Positions 50,261 to 60,490 of a stretch of DNA of 64,000 bases are shown here, piece by piece; the stretch's first letter is position 1, and each line of letters starts with the position of its first letter. Under the pieces are notes generated by a model. That model had not been told where the DNA came from and did not search any database. It saw only the letters and a list, made by a program, of their open reading frames with translations. The position numbers and the translations under genes were made by a program. The DNA lies in contig JAEOUA010000006.1 of the NCBI GenBank assembly GCA_016839555.1, positions 224,001-288,000 on the forward strand, in the 5' to 3' direction. The DNA is from Promethearchaeota archaeon (GTDB lineage Archaea > Asgardarchaeota > Lokiarchaeia > Sigyniarchaeales > SOKP01).

Positions 50261-51724
50261 ATGAAAAATATAGAAAAGATACCTAGTGGTATTGAAGGAT
50301 TTGATATCATTTCTATGGGGGGGATTCCTAAAAACAAAATGACCTTAATTTCTGGTACACCAGGGAGTGGTAAAACAATTTTTTGCACGCAATTTCTTGT
50401 TGGGGGAATTATCACTTCTAATGAGCCAGCTGTGTTTGTAACTTTTGAAGAATCTCCAGAGGATATCATAATTAATATGGAGCATTTCGGCTGGGATATT
50501 CAACACTATTTAGATGCTAGTCTCTGGAAATTTGTAGATGTTTCACCTCGAATAGATGAAGATTTTTTGATTAGGGGAAATTATGACCTCAGCGGCCTGA
50601 TAGTTCGAATTAAATCCGCAGTGGAAAAGATAAGAGCAAAACGAGTGGTTTTGGACTCTATAAGTGTTCTTTTTAATAAATATCCCGACACAGATATCAT
50701 AAGAAAGGAAATAATAAGGCTTAAATCTTTATTAAAATCTTTATATGTAACTTCGCTAATAACTTCGGAACGCTACGAAGAACTTGGAGGTGGAAGTTCT
50801 CATTATGATGTTCTTGATTTTGTCAGCGATAATGTGATTATCTTCAAAAATTCGATGTTTGAAGAATATCGCCGGCGAACGATCGAGATTATGAAATATC
50901 GGGGTGCCGCCCATAAAAAAGGACAACACTCGTTTACCATCAAAAATAATAAAGGAATAATAGTTATTTCTTTTGAAAGGAATCCTAATAAAAAAAAGCT
51001 TGAGCGAAAAAGGAAATCAACTGGAATAAAAACTTTAGACGAGATCACGGGTGGTGGATTTTTCGAAGGATCATCCGTTCTTGTTTCAGGTCAGACAGGC
51101 ACTGGAAAAACCCTTTTAGCGCTTTCAATGCTTGATGGGGCACTCCAACATGGAGAAAAATGCATATTGTTCAATTATGAAGAAAGTCGCGAACAAATCC
51201 TCCAGAAAGCTCGTACTTGGGACATAGATTTAATAGATGCTGAAAAAAATGGAAATCTTAAAATAATATGCATATATCCAGAATCACAAGGAATCGAGGA
51301 TCTTATTGTAGATATGAAATCGATAATACAAACTTTTAAACCAGAACGAATATTTATCGACAGTATTTCTGCTTTAGAACGTATTACCACCAAGCTTACG
51401 TTTAGACAATCGCTTATTAATCTCTTTCTCCTTGCGAAAGAAGAAAATATAATTGCAGTTTTTACCACTACGGCTCCCACTTTTTCTGGACCCTTTTTAG
51501 AGACAAAAAAACATGTTACTACCCTTTCTGATGCGATTCTCTTGCTAAGATATTTTGAGCGAGAAGGAGAAATGATTCGCGGCATCGCTATCATGAAAAT
51601 GAGAGATTCTGTCCATTCAAAGCGATTTTTAGAATATTCTATCGATAATAAAGGCTTTCATATCCTTTCGCCTATAGAGGATAATGCAGGAATATGTGAT
51701 TTTTTTAGAATAGAAAAAATGTAA
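50261..51724 (+). CDS. kaiC: double-domain KaiC ATPase/autokinase
   Basis: Two RecA-like domains (GTPGSGKT, GQTGTGKT), catalytic FEE/YEE, KYRG/KMR fingers, HVTTLSD phosphosite region. Confidence 0.92.
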   Translation: MKNIEKIPSGIEGFDIISMGGIPKNKMTLISGTPGSGKTIFCTQFLVGGIITSNEPAVFVTFEESPEDIIINMEHFGWDIQHYLDASLWKFVDVSPRIDEDFLIRGNYDLSGLIVRIKSAVEKIRAKRVVLDSISVLFNKYPDTDIIRKEIIRLKSLLKSLYVTSLITSERYEELGGGSSHYDVLDFVSDNVIIFKNSMFEEYRRRTIEIMKYRGAAHKKGQHSFTIKNNKGIIVISFERNPNKKKLERKRKSTGIKTLDEITGGGFFEGSSVLVSGQTGTGKTLLALSMLDGALQHGEKCILFNYEESREQILQKARTWDIDLIDAEKNGNLKIICIYPESQGIEDLIVDMKSIIQTFKPERIFIDSISALERITTKLTFRQSLINLFLLAKEENIIAVFTTTAPTFSGPFLETKKHVTTLSDAILLLRYFEREGEMIRGIAIMKMRDSVHSKRFLEYSIDNKGFHILSPIEDNAGICDFFRIEKM

Positions 51725-51792
51725 ATTATTCAATATTAGAGATAATAACAAACATAATAAAATAGTAAAAGAAAAAAAAAATAAAGTATAAA

Positions 51793-52398
51793 TTACCAAA
51801 TTTCGAATTTCTCATCAAGTTTGCCCTTAAATACTATTAAATATGGTATCAGTAAGTCCCATATGGATTGCAGGATATTAAAGACAAATGCAAATAAAAT
51901 CCATCCACCAATCCCCTCCATTGATCCAGTAATATATGGGTAAACAATAATATTTAATGGAATCATAATCCCTAATCTTAAGAGAATTGAAAGAACTCCT
52001 ACTATTGCGTATTTTTTAGGATTTTTTAGTTTTTCACTGCCATATCCATCCTTTTTATAAAGTTTTAGAATAATAGTGGGTCCAATAATCATGGGAATGG
52101 TAGCTGCGAATTTTAAGAAGGGTCCTAATGGTGCGAAAGGATCAAATGGCATTAATCCTAACATACCAATTATAGAGCATAAAATTCCTGCTAATGGTCC
52201 AAATAACTGAAAACATAATACCCATATTATTGAAACTGGATCAAAATATGCAAATCCTAAGGGATGTCGAGGTATAAACGCAGCTATAAAAGAAATAGCT
52301 ATTGATAATCCTCCGAATATTGCAGCCCCAACTATTTTCAAAGTTAATTGAGACTTAGCGCTCCTTACAGTTTCTATTTCTTGTGTTTCTTCACTCAA
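51793..52398 (-). CDS. ECF transporter S component
   Basis: AAIFGGLS...YFDPVSI...FGPLAG; 5-6 TM helices. Confidence 0.75.
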   Translation of the reverse strand: MSEETQEIETVRSAKSQLTLKIVGAAIFGGLSIAISFIAAFIPRHPLGFAYFDPVSIIWVLCFQLFGPLAGILCSIIGMLGLMPFDPFAPLGPFLKFAATIPMIIGPTIILKLYKKDGYGSEKLKNPKKYAIVGVLSILLRLGIMIPLNIIVYPYITGSMEGIGGWILFAFVFNILQSIWDLLIPYLIVFKGKLDEKFEIW

Positions 52399-52661
52399 TT
52401 TTTTTCACGTATAATTTTATATGAGATAATAATTTACCTTTTTTAAACATTTTTAGGTAGACTTAATTTATTATTAGCGACTTGTAAACATTTGAGTTCC
52501 TAAACATTAAAGGATATAATAATTTTTGGTTTAGAAATATTTCTTACTTTGCTAATATGAATAATATAAAGTTTGATTCGAGTTTTGAAGGTTTTAAATC
52601 ATAAATCTTCGCTATCCATTTATGAGTAGGATATTAAAAAGGAAGAAAAATAAAGAGTGAA

Positions 52662-53561
52662 TTAGATATTATATATATTTGCAGCGTTTTCTCCTAGGAT
52701 CATCTCTTTTTCTTCTTTATTTAACTCCGGCAATCCCATTAATTTCAAAGGAGGAGGCAATTTTAATTTTTTAATCCCCTCTACCCACTCCTTTAATGAG
52801 ACTATTGGCGTAAATAATGGCCAATCTGAACCAAATAGCACTTTTTTAATCCCACATCCTAATTTTGCTTGTGCAAGAGTTTGCATCAGAGCCACAGGAG
52901 CAAACTTGAATTGTCCCTCCCAACCTGAAATATCAAAATAAATGTTAAAATTTTTTGTGGCTACGGAAAGTGCTTCACTTATCCAAGGATTTCCTACATG
53001 AGCCATTATTATTTTAAGATCTGGAAAGTCTATCGCAACTTTATCGAGGTTAACGGGATGACAATATTTTAAATAAGTTCCAGGAGGGGGTGCTCCGGTA
53101 TGACACAAAATAATTGCTCCAAGTTCTTGCGCACGTTCATAGAATGGATAATAGGAATAATCATCGGGAAAAAAACCTGTTTGAGGCCATAATTTTACAC
53201 CTCTCATACCTAATTCATTCATACATCTATCAAGCTCTTGAATACCTTCTTTGCCTCTTCTAGGATCAATCCCTGCCAAACCTATCAACCTATCTGGATA
53301 TTCTTGTATAAGATTTGCCACATAATCATTATATCCCTTATATGGAACTTTACCTCTAAAAAGAAATCCATAGTCTATTCCAACGATCACAGTTTTATCT
53401 ATTCCTGCTTCATCCATTTCTCGAATCAATCGCTCCACGGTAGCATTAAATAATTGAGAAGGATCAAAATCTTTTCGAGCGCATATATCTAATATGATTT
53501 TCCTTAATTCTTCTGACATTAATTCTTCTTCCCAAATATGACAATGAGCATCTATTATCAA
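52662..53561 (-). CDS. amidohydrolase_2 family metallohydrolase
   Basis: IIDAHCH, GVKLWP, CHTG, MAHVG, FGSDWP. Confidence 0.92.
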   Translation of the reverse strand: MIIDAHCHIWEEELMSEELRKIILDICARKDFDPSQLFNATVERLIREMDEAGIDKTVIVGIDYGFLFRGKVPYKGYNDYVANLIQEYPDRLIGLAGIDPRRGKEGIQELDRCMNELGMRGVKLWPQTGFFPDDYSYYPFYERAQELGAIILCHTGAPPPGTYLKYCHPVNLDKVAIDFPDLKIIMAHVGNPWISEALSVATKNFNIYFDISGWEGQFKFAPVALMQTLAQAKLGCGIKKVLFGSDWPLFTPIVSLKEWVEGIKKLKLPPPLKLMGLPELNKEEKEMILGENAANIYNI

Positions 53562-53751
53562 TATTCATCACCTAATTTATTAGGAATAATATATTGGATT
53601 AAAAGTATGCTATGAAATTAAATATTTAAACTTTCTTTATTATTTTTTAGATTTTGATGTTAAAAATCTTGACTCATAAATCTTAACTATTCATTTTAAA
53701 TGAATAGATTAAAAAAAAATAAAATAAAACTAATAAATTATTATCTAAACT

Positions 53752-54144
53752 ATGATTTTAAAAATCAATACAATAGATCAACTTGAGGATAATATCTCAA
53801 ATCATCTTGTCGCCGTGATTTTTTTTATAGAACAGGATTCTGATATGTGCAATGAATTGCTGGGAAGGATAAAGTTGGAATTGCTTCCTTATATAAAAGA
53901 GATAGATGGAGTATCCTTAATGAAAATTTCATTAGATTGCGAGATTGATTTTTTTGACCATTTTAATATTAATGAAATACCAAGTACTCTCATTTTTTAT
54001 AAGGGAAAACAAGTCTTATTTTTCGAGCAAGATAAGGAAGGAATTATGTATAAGACCGATAGATTTATTGGAAATGATCCAGACCTTCCGAATAAATTAT
54101 TTCGCTTTATCTTACATCTTTATAAGCGATTTGATAAGGAATAG
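53752..54144 (+). CDS. thioredoxin-fold protein lacking CxxC
   Basis: VIFF...SDMC, FNINEIPSTLIFYKG cis-Pro region. Confidence 0.7.
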   Translation: MILKINTIDQLEDNISNHLVAVIFFIEQDSDMCNELLGRIKLELLPYIKEIDGVSLMKISLDCEIDFFDHFNINEIPSTLIFYKGKQVLFFEQDKEGIMYKTDRFIGNDPDLPNKLFRFILHLYKRFDKE

Positions 54145-54181
54145 TTTTATAAATTTAAGGATTTAGGAAAGGATTAATAAT

Positions 54182-54907
54182 CTATCCCATTATTCCATGT
54201 GCAATACCCGCAGATAGAAGATTTCCACGATATTGTACTAATAAGCCAAAAATAATGCCAAAAATAAAACGAAATCCGATTAAAAATATAATGTTTACCC
54301 ATGAATTATTAATATCAATTCCAAAATGAGTTATAGAGAACAAAAGAGCTTGGATAAAGAGAGCAAACCACTTCCCTTTTTTTTCAGTGAGTAATCTCTG
54401 CAAAAAACCACGAAAAAGAGTTTCTTCTGGAAATGATGCAATTAAAAATCCAAAAAATAATCCTAATAAGAAATTAATTAAAATTTGACCCATATTTAAT
54501 TCGGCATCCGTTGTATCTGGTAATGATAATCCTAATAACTGTGCAATAAATGAAAAAAAACCTGAAATAATAAATAAAGCAATAATAGCTAAAAAAGCCC
54601 ACCCAATATCTCCTAAAACTTTACCTTTTTTAAACCAAAGCTCTTTTAAATTGATTTTTAAAATAAATTTAAATCCAAAACCAACTAATAGAACAGATCC
54701 TAAAAGAAAACTTATTATAAGAAAGAAAATAAATTCGAATGTAAGGTGATATTCATAATTAAAAAAAATGATCCAAATCTGAGCTATTATGAATCTTAAT
54801 ACAATAAAAATAATAAGAATTATAATTCCTTTTATAATCTGAGATTTTGTTAATTCTTTTTCTTTTTTTTCAGGTTCACCATTTTTTTCTTTAAACATAT
54901 CTTCCAA
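54182..54907 (-). CDS. CPBP (CAAX/Abi) intramembrane metalloprotease
   Basis: EETLFRG, FSITH, AGIAH. Confidence 0.9.
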   Translation of the reverse strand: MEDMFKEKNGEPEKKEKELTKSQIIKGIIILIIFIVLRFIIAQIWIIFFNYEYHLTFEFIFFLIISFLLGSVLLVGFGFKFILKINLKELWFKKGKVLGDIGWAFLAIIALFIISGFFSFIAQLLGLSLPDTTDAELNMGQILINFLLGLFFGFLIASFPEETLFRGFLQRLLTEKKGKWFALFIQALLFSITHFGIDINNSWVNIIFLIGFRFIFGIIFGLLVQYRGNLLSAGIAHGIMG

Positions 54908-55271
54908 TTTTCTATACTAATAACTTTTCTTAGTTTAATGAAATTTATACTATTTTATTTTTTGTATTTTTAAATACTGTTAGATTTAAAAATTTAACGT
55001 GTAATCGAAAGGAGATATCATACTTTATTTAAGGCAGGGATAAAATTCGCTGAGTATTTCTTATCTAAAATATCCTAAATTATCCTTTTGAATCATTCGA
55101 ATATCATAAATAGAGTATAATATTTTTTAAAAGAAAAAAAAGTTAAAAATGAAAATGCGATTACTATATGGAAATAATCTTAATGTTTTATTAATATATA
55201 TTTAAATATTAATTATGGTTTTAGATTTACAGAATTAAACTATTTTTAATTATTTTTTAAACTATAAAAAA

Positions 55272-56120
55272 ATGAAGGATTCAGCGAAAGTTTTAATAGC
55301 TGGGCTCGATTATGCTGGTAAAACTTCTATTATGATCGCATTGAATGAACAGAAGGATTATATAGATAAGGTTCTAAATCTTGCAACAACCATCCGTGTC
55401 GACCATATAGAAATTAAGTTTCTTGGAGGATCTGTGATTTTCTGGGATATGGGGGGGCAAAAAGAATATAGAGAGTTATATAAAAAACGAAAAGAATTTT
55501 ATTTTGGGGATGCTGATATTTTAATTTATGCCATTGATATACAAGATGCTGAACGTTTTTCAGAGTCTCTAGATTATTTAGATACTATTTTTAATTATTT
55601 TCGTGAGGATGGAGAAATAATTCCTATAGTCGTTACCTTTCACAAATCAGATCCAGAAGTAATAGAAAATCCAGAAATAAAAAGAAATGTGGATGAATTA
55701 ACCGAGAAAATTAAGAAAAATTATCCAGATTTCGAGATTCTTTTCCAACAAACCTCCATTTATGATATTGTATCAATTATTAAGATGATTTCCTACGGAT
55801 TGGCTGTATTAAATGAGGACTTCTTTGAGTTATACAATTTACTTGAAGAATATTCAATGAATTTAGATTGTATAGGGTTATTTTTGCTTGATAGAAATGG
55901 AATGATAATTTGTAAGTATTTTAAGAATCAAATTGAGGAAGAAATTTATTCTAGATTAGAAAAATCTCTAAAACAACATATTTATGAACTTAAGGATAAG
56001 AAAGAAAAAGGAGAAGCGATTGAGCGTAAGATTTTTGAGGATGAAAATGAGATACGCTCTTATCTCCATCCCATAAAATATCGGGAAGAGGAATATTATG
56101 TATCAATTCTTCTTGATTAA
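55272..56120 (+). CDS. Asgard small GTPase (Arf/Rag-like) with C-terminal roadblock-like region
   Basis: GLDYAGKTS, WDMGGQ, HKSD, TSI; C-terminal CIGLFLLDRNGMII. Confidence 0.88.
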   Translation: MKDSAKVLIAGLDYAGKTSIMIALNEQKDYIDKVLNLATTIRVDHIEIKFLGGSVIFWDMGGQKEYRELYKKRKEFYFGDADILIYAIDIQDAERFSESLDYLDTIFNYFREDGEIIPIVVTFHKSDPEVIENPEIKRNVDELTEKIKKNYPDFEILFQQTSIYDIVSIIKMISYGLAVLNEDFFELYNLLEEYSMNLDCIGLFLLDRNGMIICKYFKNQIEEEIYSRLEKSLKQHIYELKDKKEKGEAIERKIFEDENEIRSYLHPIKYREEEYYVSILLD

Positions 56121-56198
56121 GATAATAATATTAAGATCAATTAGAGTCTAATAGGGAGGATAATATAAAAAAGGATACACATAAAAGATTGTTTTATT

Positions 56199-57563
56199 TT
56201 ATTTCAACAGATTTTTTTCAACAGACGCAAGCTCTAAAAATTCACTAATTTCTTTTAATTTTCTTCTAGAAGTAGAGCTTAGATATTTTAAAAAAGGAAT
56301 TAAATCTCGAAATGCTTCATTCTGAGAAATAGGGTAATGTTCTTGAATCTTTTCTATTAATCCTTTTTCAGCATTATTTAGAGACATATAATAAGAGGAA
56401 ATATATCTTGGAAAGCGGATGGGGCGATATTTTTTAGAAGAACTACTTTTCGCTGCAAGTGCTACTCCCCCCGCAAAAAGATCAAAGAAATAAGGCAATA
56501 AGGACCATTCCATATTTTTTCTAATCCGTCCAAAAATAACATCTGCTTTGGAAAGGCGCTCATAGGCAGTTGCTAATTCCGATTTAGAATAGATAAATGA
56601 AGGAATATTTTCATTCACCCATTTATAGAGGAAATTATAATCAACATCTGATTTATCCGTCAACTTGCGCGCTTCATTTAAAGAAGAAACTTTTTGAAAT
56701 AAGTCGCGAAGGAGTCCAAAGATTTCTTCTGTGGTATCCCTATGGAGATTATAGATCATCTCCTCCGTAATTTCTTCACTCTTATCGGAGATAAGGCTAA
56801 TTGCCTGAAGATCATTAATAACTCCCCTTAAATCTCCTCCATTTTTCTCAATTATTAAATCTATTTCTTCTTTAGAAATATTGGTGATTTTCTCTTTTTT
56901 AATAATGTTTTCAACGATATTGATGATTTTATTTTTAGATAGAGGATGAACTTCATATTTTGGAATAGTATTATAGACCGTGCTAAGAGTTGATTTATAT
57001 TCATTTGCACACATAATAATTGGAAATTGAGTAGTTTTAATCAAATCCATAATGGCGGGTATCGCCCCTCTATCTTGTGTGCCGTAGATTCCATCCACTT
57101 CATCAATTAGAATTAGCTTTTTCTTTTTTTCTGTGATAAAGTCCATTATTCCCCTCGATTTCGAGGTTTCTTTCAACCCTGCTTCTATTGCGTCTTTAGT
57201 TCTGGTATCAGAAGCATTGGTTTCAATCACTTCCATATTTAGATCATTAGCAAGAGCATAGACAATAGAGGTTTTTCCAATCCCTGGTTGTCCTTCTAAT
57301 AATACAGCTGCCTTTTCTGGTGGAAGGGTTTGTTCCTCTTTTTGCTCTTTTTCGCTCGCAGTCCTATTATCTGCTCTGATTTGACGGTTTTTTTCGTTGA
57401 GTTCTGCTTTTTGTTTAAAAAAATTCTTGATAAACTCTTTTAAGTCTTCTGCTAAATCTACTTTTTTTCGATTTAATTTTGCAGTAGGTAAAGCCATTTC
57501 TTTTAAACTTTTTGGCCTATATTTCTCTACCCACGGGGTTTCCGATGTTTTTTCCTCACTCAT
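56199..57563 (-). CDS. rfcL: replication factor C large subunit
   Basis: WVEKYRP, GQPGIGKT, ETNASD, LIDEVDG, GDLRGVINDLQ, WVNENIP. Confidence 0.93.
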   Translation of the reverse strand: MSEEKTSETPWVEKYRPKSLKEMALPTAKLNRKKVDLAEDLKEFIKNFFKQKAELNEKNRQIRADNRTASEKEQKEEQTLPPEKAAVLLEGQPGIGKTSIVYALANDLNMEVIETNASDTRTKDAIEAGLKETSKSRGIMDFITEKKKKLILIDEVDGIYGTQDRGAIPAIMDLIKTTQFPIIMCANEYKSTLSTVYNTIPKYEVHPLSKNKIINIVENIIKKEKITNISKEEIDLIIEKNGGDLRGVINDLQAISLISDKSEEITEEMIYNLHRDTTEEIFGLLRDLFQKVSSLNEARKLTDKSDVDYNFLYKWVNENIPSFIYSKSELATAYERLSKADVIFGRIRKNMEWSLLPYFFDLFAGGVALAAKSSSSKKYRPIRFPRYISSYYMSLNNAEKGLIEKIQEHYPISQNEAFRDLIPFLKYLSSTSRRKLKEISEFLELASVEKNLLK

Positions 57564-57588
57564 TTATATCATCTCTCTTATATATTAT

Positions 57589-58635
57589 TTACATATTTTG
57601 CGCGAATGAGTTTAATCTTGTCAATAAATAGGAAATCTGAATATCATCGTCCCGCCCATCTATAGCACGAAAATCTGCCTCCGCAATCATATTCATTAAT
57701 TTTATTTTCGCATATTTTGAAAGTGGAAAGGTATTTAATACCTCCATGAATTCAATAAAAAAATCTTGCACACTATATTTATAATTAGATAATAATTCTC
57801 TAAAGTTTTCTCTGATTTCTGAAAAATCTCCTGTAAGGCTTTTCACCAAAAGATCCTTAATTTCTTGGTTTTGATATTTTTTTAAGATATTATATAATTT
57901 AGTTAAGTCAATAATATTTCCAGTAACACTACATATTTGTAAGAGGTCTATTGCTTTCGCAATTTTTCCTTCAGAAATTTGATAAAGATAATCAATTACT
58001 CCATTTTCTAATTGAAGAGACTCTTGATTTACAATATCTTGAATTAATGTTTTAAAATCTTCATATTTTATTTGAGGAATTAAAAATAATTGACACCTGG
58101 ATACAATAGGATCTATAATACCTGAAATCTTGGTGGTAATTAATATCATTCTACAATTTGAACCGTAGATTTCCATCAACCTTCTGAAACCTTGCTGGTT
58201 TGATTCTAAAGCTTCGAAATTCTTTACTACAAGGATTTTATAAGGCACATCCCCAATCGCTTTTAATTGAACAAATGGTTTGACTTTCACTTGTAAAAAC
58301 GCAGGAGTTGTGATTCGCCTTCCTGCCATACTGCCTATTTTACTAGTGGAAATATATGCTTCTGAACGGGCTTGGTCCCTTTCTTCAGAGCTGAGAGGTT
58401 CATCAGCATATACTAATTTGAAGTTTGCATCATAAAATCTACCTAAGAATTCTCTTGCGAATAATTGCGCAATAAGAGTCTTTCCAATTGCTTCTGACCC
58501 GACAAATAATAAATGTGGAAAATTCCTTTTTTTAATAACCTCTTTTAGCCTGGCAATTATTTCCAATCTTCCACATATCTCATCTAACTTTTTTGGGAGA
58601 TATTTAAAACGCCATATAGGAATTTTATTTGACAT
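57589..58635 (-). CDS. replication factor C small subunit 2 (degenerate Walker B)
   Basis: WRFKYLP, GSEAIGKT, VVKNFE in place of LDEAD, QQGFRRLME, SRC retained. Confidence 0.85.
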   Translation of the reverse strand: MSNKIPIWRFKYLPKKLDEICGRLEIIARLKEVIKKRNFPHLLFVGSEAIGKTLIAQLFAREFLGRFYDANFKLVYADEPLSSEERDQARSEAYISTSKIGSMAGRRITTPAFLQVKVKPFVQLKAIGDVPYKILVVKNFEALESNQQGFRRLMEIYGSNCRMILITTKISGIIDPIVSRCQLFLIPQIKYEDFKTLIQDIVNQESLQLENGVIDYLYQISEGKIAKAIDLLQICSVTGNIIDLTKLYNILKKYQNQEIKDLLVKSLTGDFSEIRENFRELLSNYKYSVQDFFIEFMEVLNTFPLSKYAKIKLMNMIAEADFRAIDGRDDDIQISYLLTRLNSFAQNM

Positions 58636-58707
58636 TTTTAAGTTTTTTGGCTTTCTTATTTCTTACAAATATTTTAATTAATTAACTGAAAGAGTAAATT
58701 TTTTATG

Positions 58708-59685
58708 CTAGGGGTTAATTAGTTCCGCTAATAAAGCGGTAAGCTGAATTCTCTCATCCGCTCCTTGCGATATCCGAAAATCAACTTTTCCAAAACACTT
58801 TAGTAATTGGAAATAATAGAAATTTTTCTGATTTCCTAAATCAGGAACAACTTTCATCAACTGGCGAATAAAATTACGAGAATCTAAAAAATCAATCGAA
58901 TAAAGCAATTCTCTTGCAGTTTTAAAATTTTTTTCCTCAATACTTCTTTTTAATTGATCTAAAAGGGATTGTTCGACGAATCCCGATATTTTTAGAAGTT
59001 CATTAATGTCTAAATCTTCTAATAACTCGAGCGCGACCGCCATTTGCAAGGCATTAATTGCTTTTCGTAAATCACCAGCAGAAATAAAATATAACGCCTC
59101 AAAAAATTCTTTTTCTTTTGCCTTTGGAATAGTTATATTTTCTTTCTTTAATATCAATTTTAATCTCTCAATAATTTTTTCTTTCGGGAGGTTAACAAAT
59201 CTAAAAACAGCACAGCGAGATATAATTGGATCTATTATTTCATTAATATAATTACACATAAGGATAAATTTTACATTATTCGGCGCACTCTCAATTATTC
59301 TTCTTAATGTTTGCTGAACGGTTTTTGGAATATTATCCGCTTCATCTAAAATGACCATTTTTAATTCATTTTCGGTCAAAATCATATTCTGAGAGACAAA
59401 ATCCTTCAATTTCTCTCTGACAAACTTCATTCTAACCGTATCAGAGGCATTTAATTCCATTACATTTCTATAATATTTTTCCCCCCTCAACAGTTTATTG
59501 GCAATTATTAACGCACAAGAAGTTTTACCCGTACCCGCTGGCCCAGCGAAGATCATATGAGGCATGTCGAATTTCTTAGATACAAATTTTTTCAAATTAT
59601 TGATAGCAATATTCTGGCTGACAATCTCCTCGAAATCCTTTGGACGGTATTTTTCGACCCACGGTGTTTCTAAATCTATTGCCAT
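58708..59685 (-). CDS. rfcS: replication factor C small subunit
   Basis: WVEKYRP, GPAGTGKT, ELNASD, LDEAD, SRC, GDLRKAINALQ. Confidence 0.95.
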   Translation of the reverse strand: MAIDLETPWVEKYRPKDFEEIVSQNIAINNLKKFVSKKFDMPHMIFAGPAGTGKTSCALIIANKLLRGEKYYRNVMELNASDTVRMKFVREKLKDFVSQNMILTENELKMVILDEADNIPKTVQQTLRRIIESAPNNVKFILMCNYINEIIDPIISRCAVFRFVNLPKEKIIERLKLILKKENITIPKAKEKEFFEALYFISAGDLRKAINALQMAVALELLEDLDINELLKISGFVEQSLLDQLKRSIEEKNFKTARELLYSIDFLDSRNFIRQLMKVVPDLGNQKNFYYFQLLKCFGKVDFRISQGADERIQLTALLAELINP

Positions 59686-59717
59686 TTTATTGTTCGTATT
59701 TTTATTTAATTATGGGG

Positions 59718-60188
59718 CTAGTCTTTTTCGAGATTTAACTCAAGAACTTCATATTTCTTCTTAAAATTCATTTGTTTATAGAGTTTCGCGGCTTTTCTCG
59801 CCTCATCTTCTCTTAAATTAACCTTTACTTTTTCGACCTTTATTTTTTTTAAGTGTTCTAAAGCCTGTTTGAGAAGAGTATATCCTATTCCTTTTTGCCT
59901 ATATTCTTCCTTTAAGTAAAATTGTTTTATATAACCCTCAGATTTCCCGAACGGATCAATACGTAGCTCAGCAATTATCATTCCAACTACCTCATCATTT
60001 GCTTCATCAGTCGCAATAATAATACCATGTCTCTGTAAAGGATCGAATAAGCGCCTACGTATACCCCAATCAAACCGCTTTGGTTCAAACTCTTCATTTA
60101 AACTCTCTACTAATAAACGGGTTAATTCCTCGAGAGCATCAATTTGTTCTGGAGACGCCACTTCTATTTTTATATTTTCATTAGTCAT
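59718..60188 (-). CDS. GNAT N-acetyltransferase
   Basis: YLKEEYRQKGIG, AAKLYKQMNF. Confidence 0.9.
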   Translation of the reverse strand: MTNENIKIEVASPEQIDALEELTRLLVESLNEEFEPKRFDWGIRRRLFDPLQRHGIIIATDEANDEVVGMIIAELRIDPFGKSEGYIKQFYLKEEYRQKGIGYTLLKQALEHLKKIKVEKVKVNLREDEARKAAKLYKQMNFKKKYEVLELNLEKD

Positions 60189-60490
60189 ACTCGTTCATGA
60201 AAAAATGTAATCTTTATTTTATCATTTATGAAAGTTATTATGAAATTTAAATCTTCTTTAAATCTACTTGAATAAATATTAAGGTTTTTGATCATTTTTT
60301 TAATTTTCTAATAATCTTTTGATAATTTATTTTACTGATAACAGCATTGCTTGTTAATTCCTCGATTATACACTATTTCAATAAAGAAAATTGAGGAAAA
60401 GAATAGAAATAGGAGATACTTTATTGAGGTTCTTATTAACATCTAGTAATCAAAAAAGTATGGGGATTAATAATATTATACATCACGCCC

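Noticed and set aside
33707-51594. Long antisense ORFs inside aor, dnaK, dnaJ, clpB, the P-type ATPase and kaiC
   Set aside because: Shadow frames of well-supported genes, with no motifs of their own.
52399-52661. Vitamin riboswitch upstream of the ECF S component
   Set aside because: No TPP, FMN or cobalamin consensus recognisable; the region is AT-rich.
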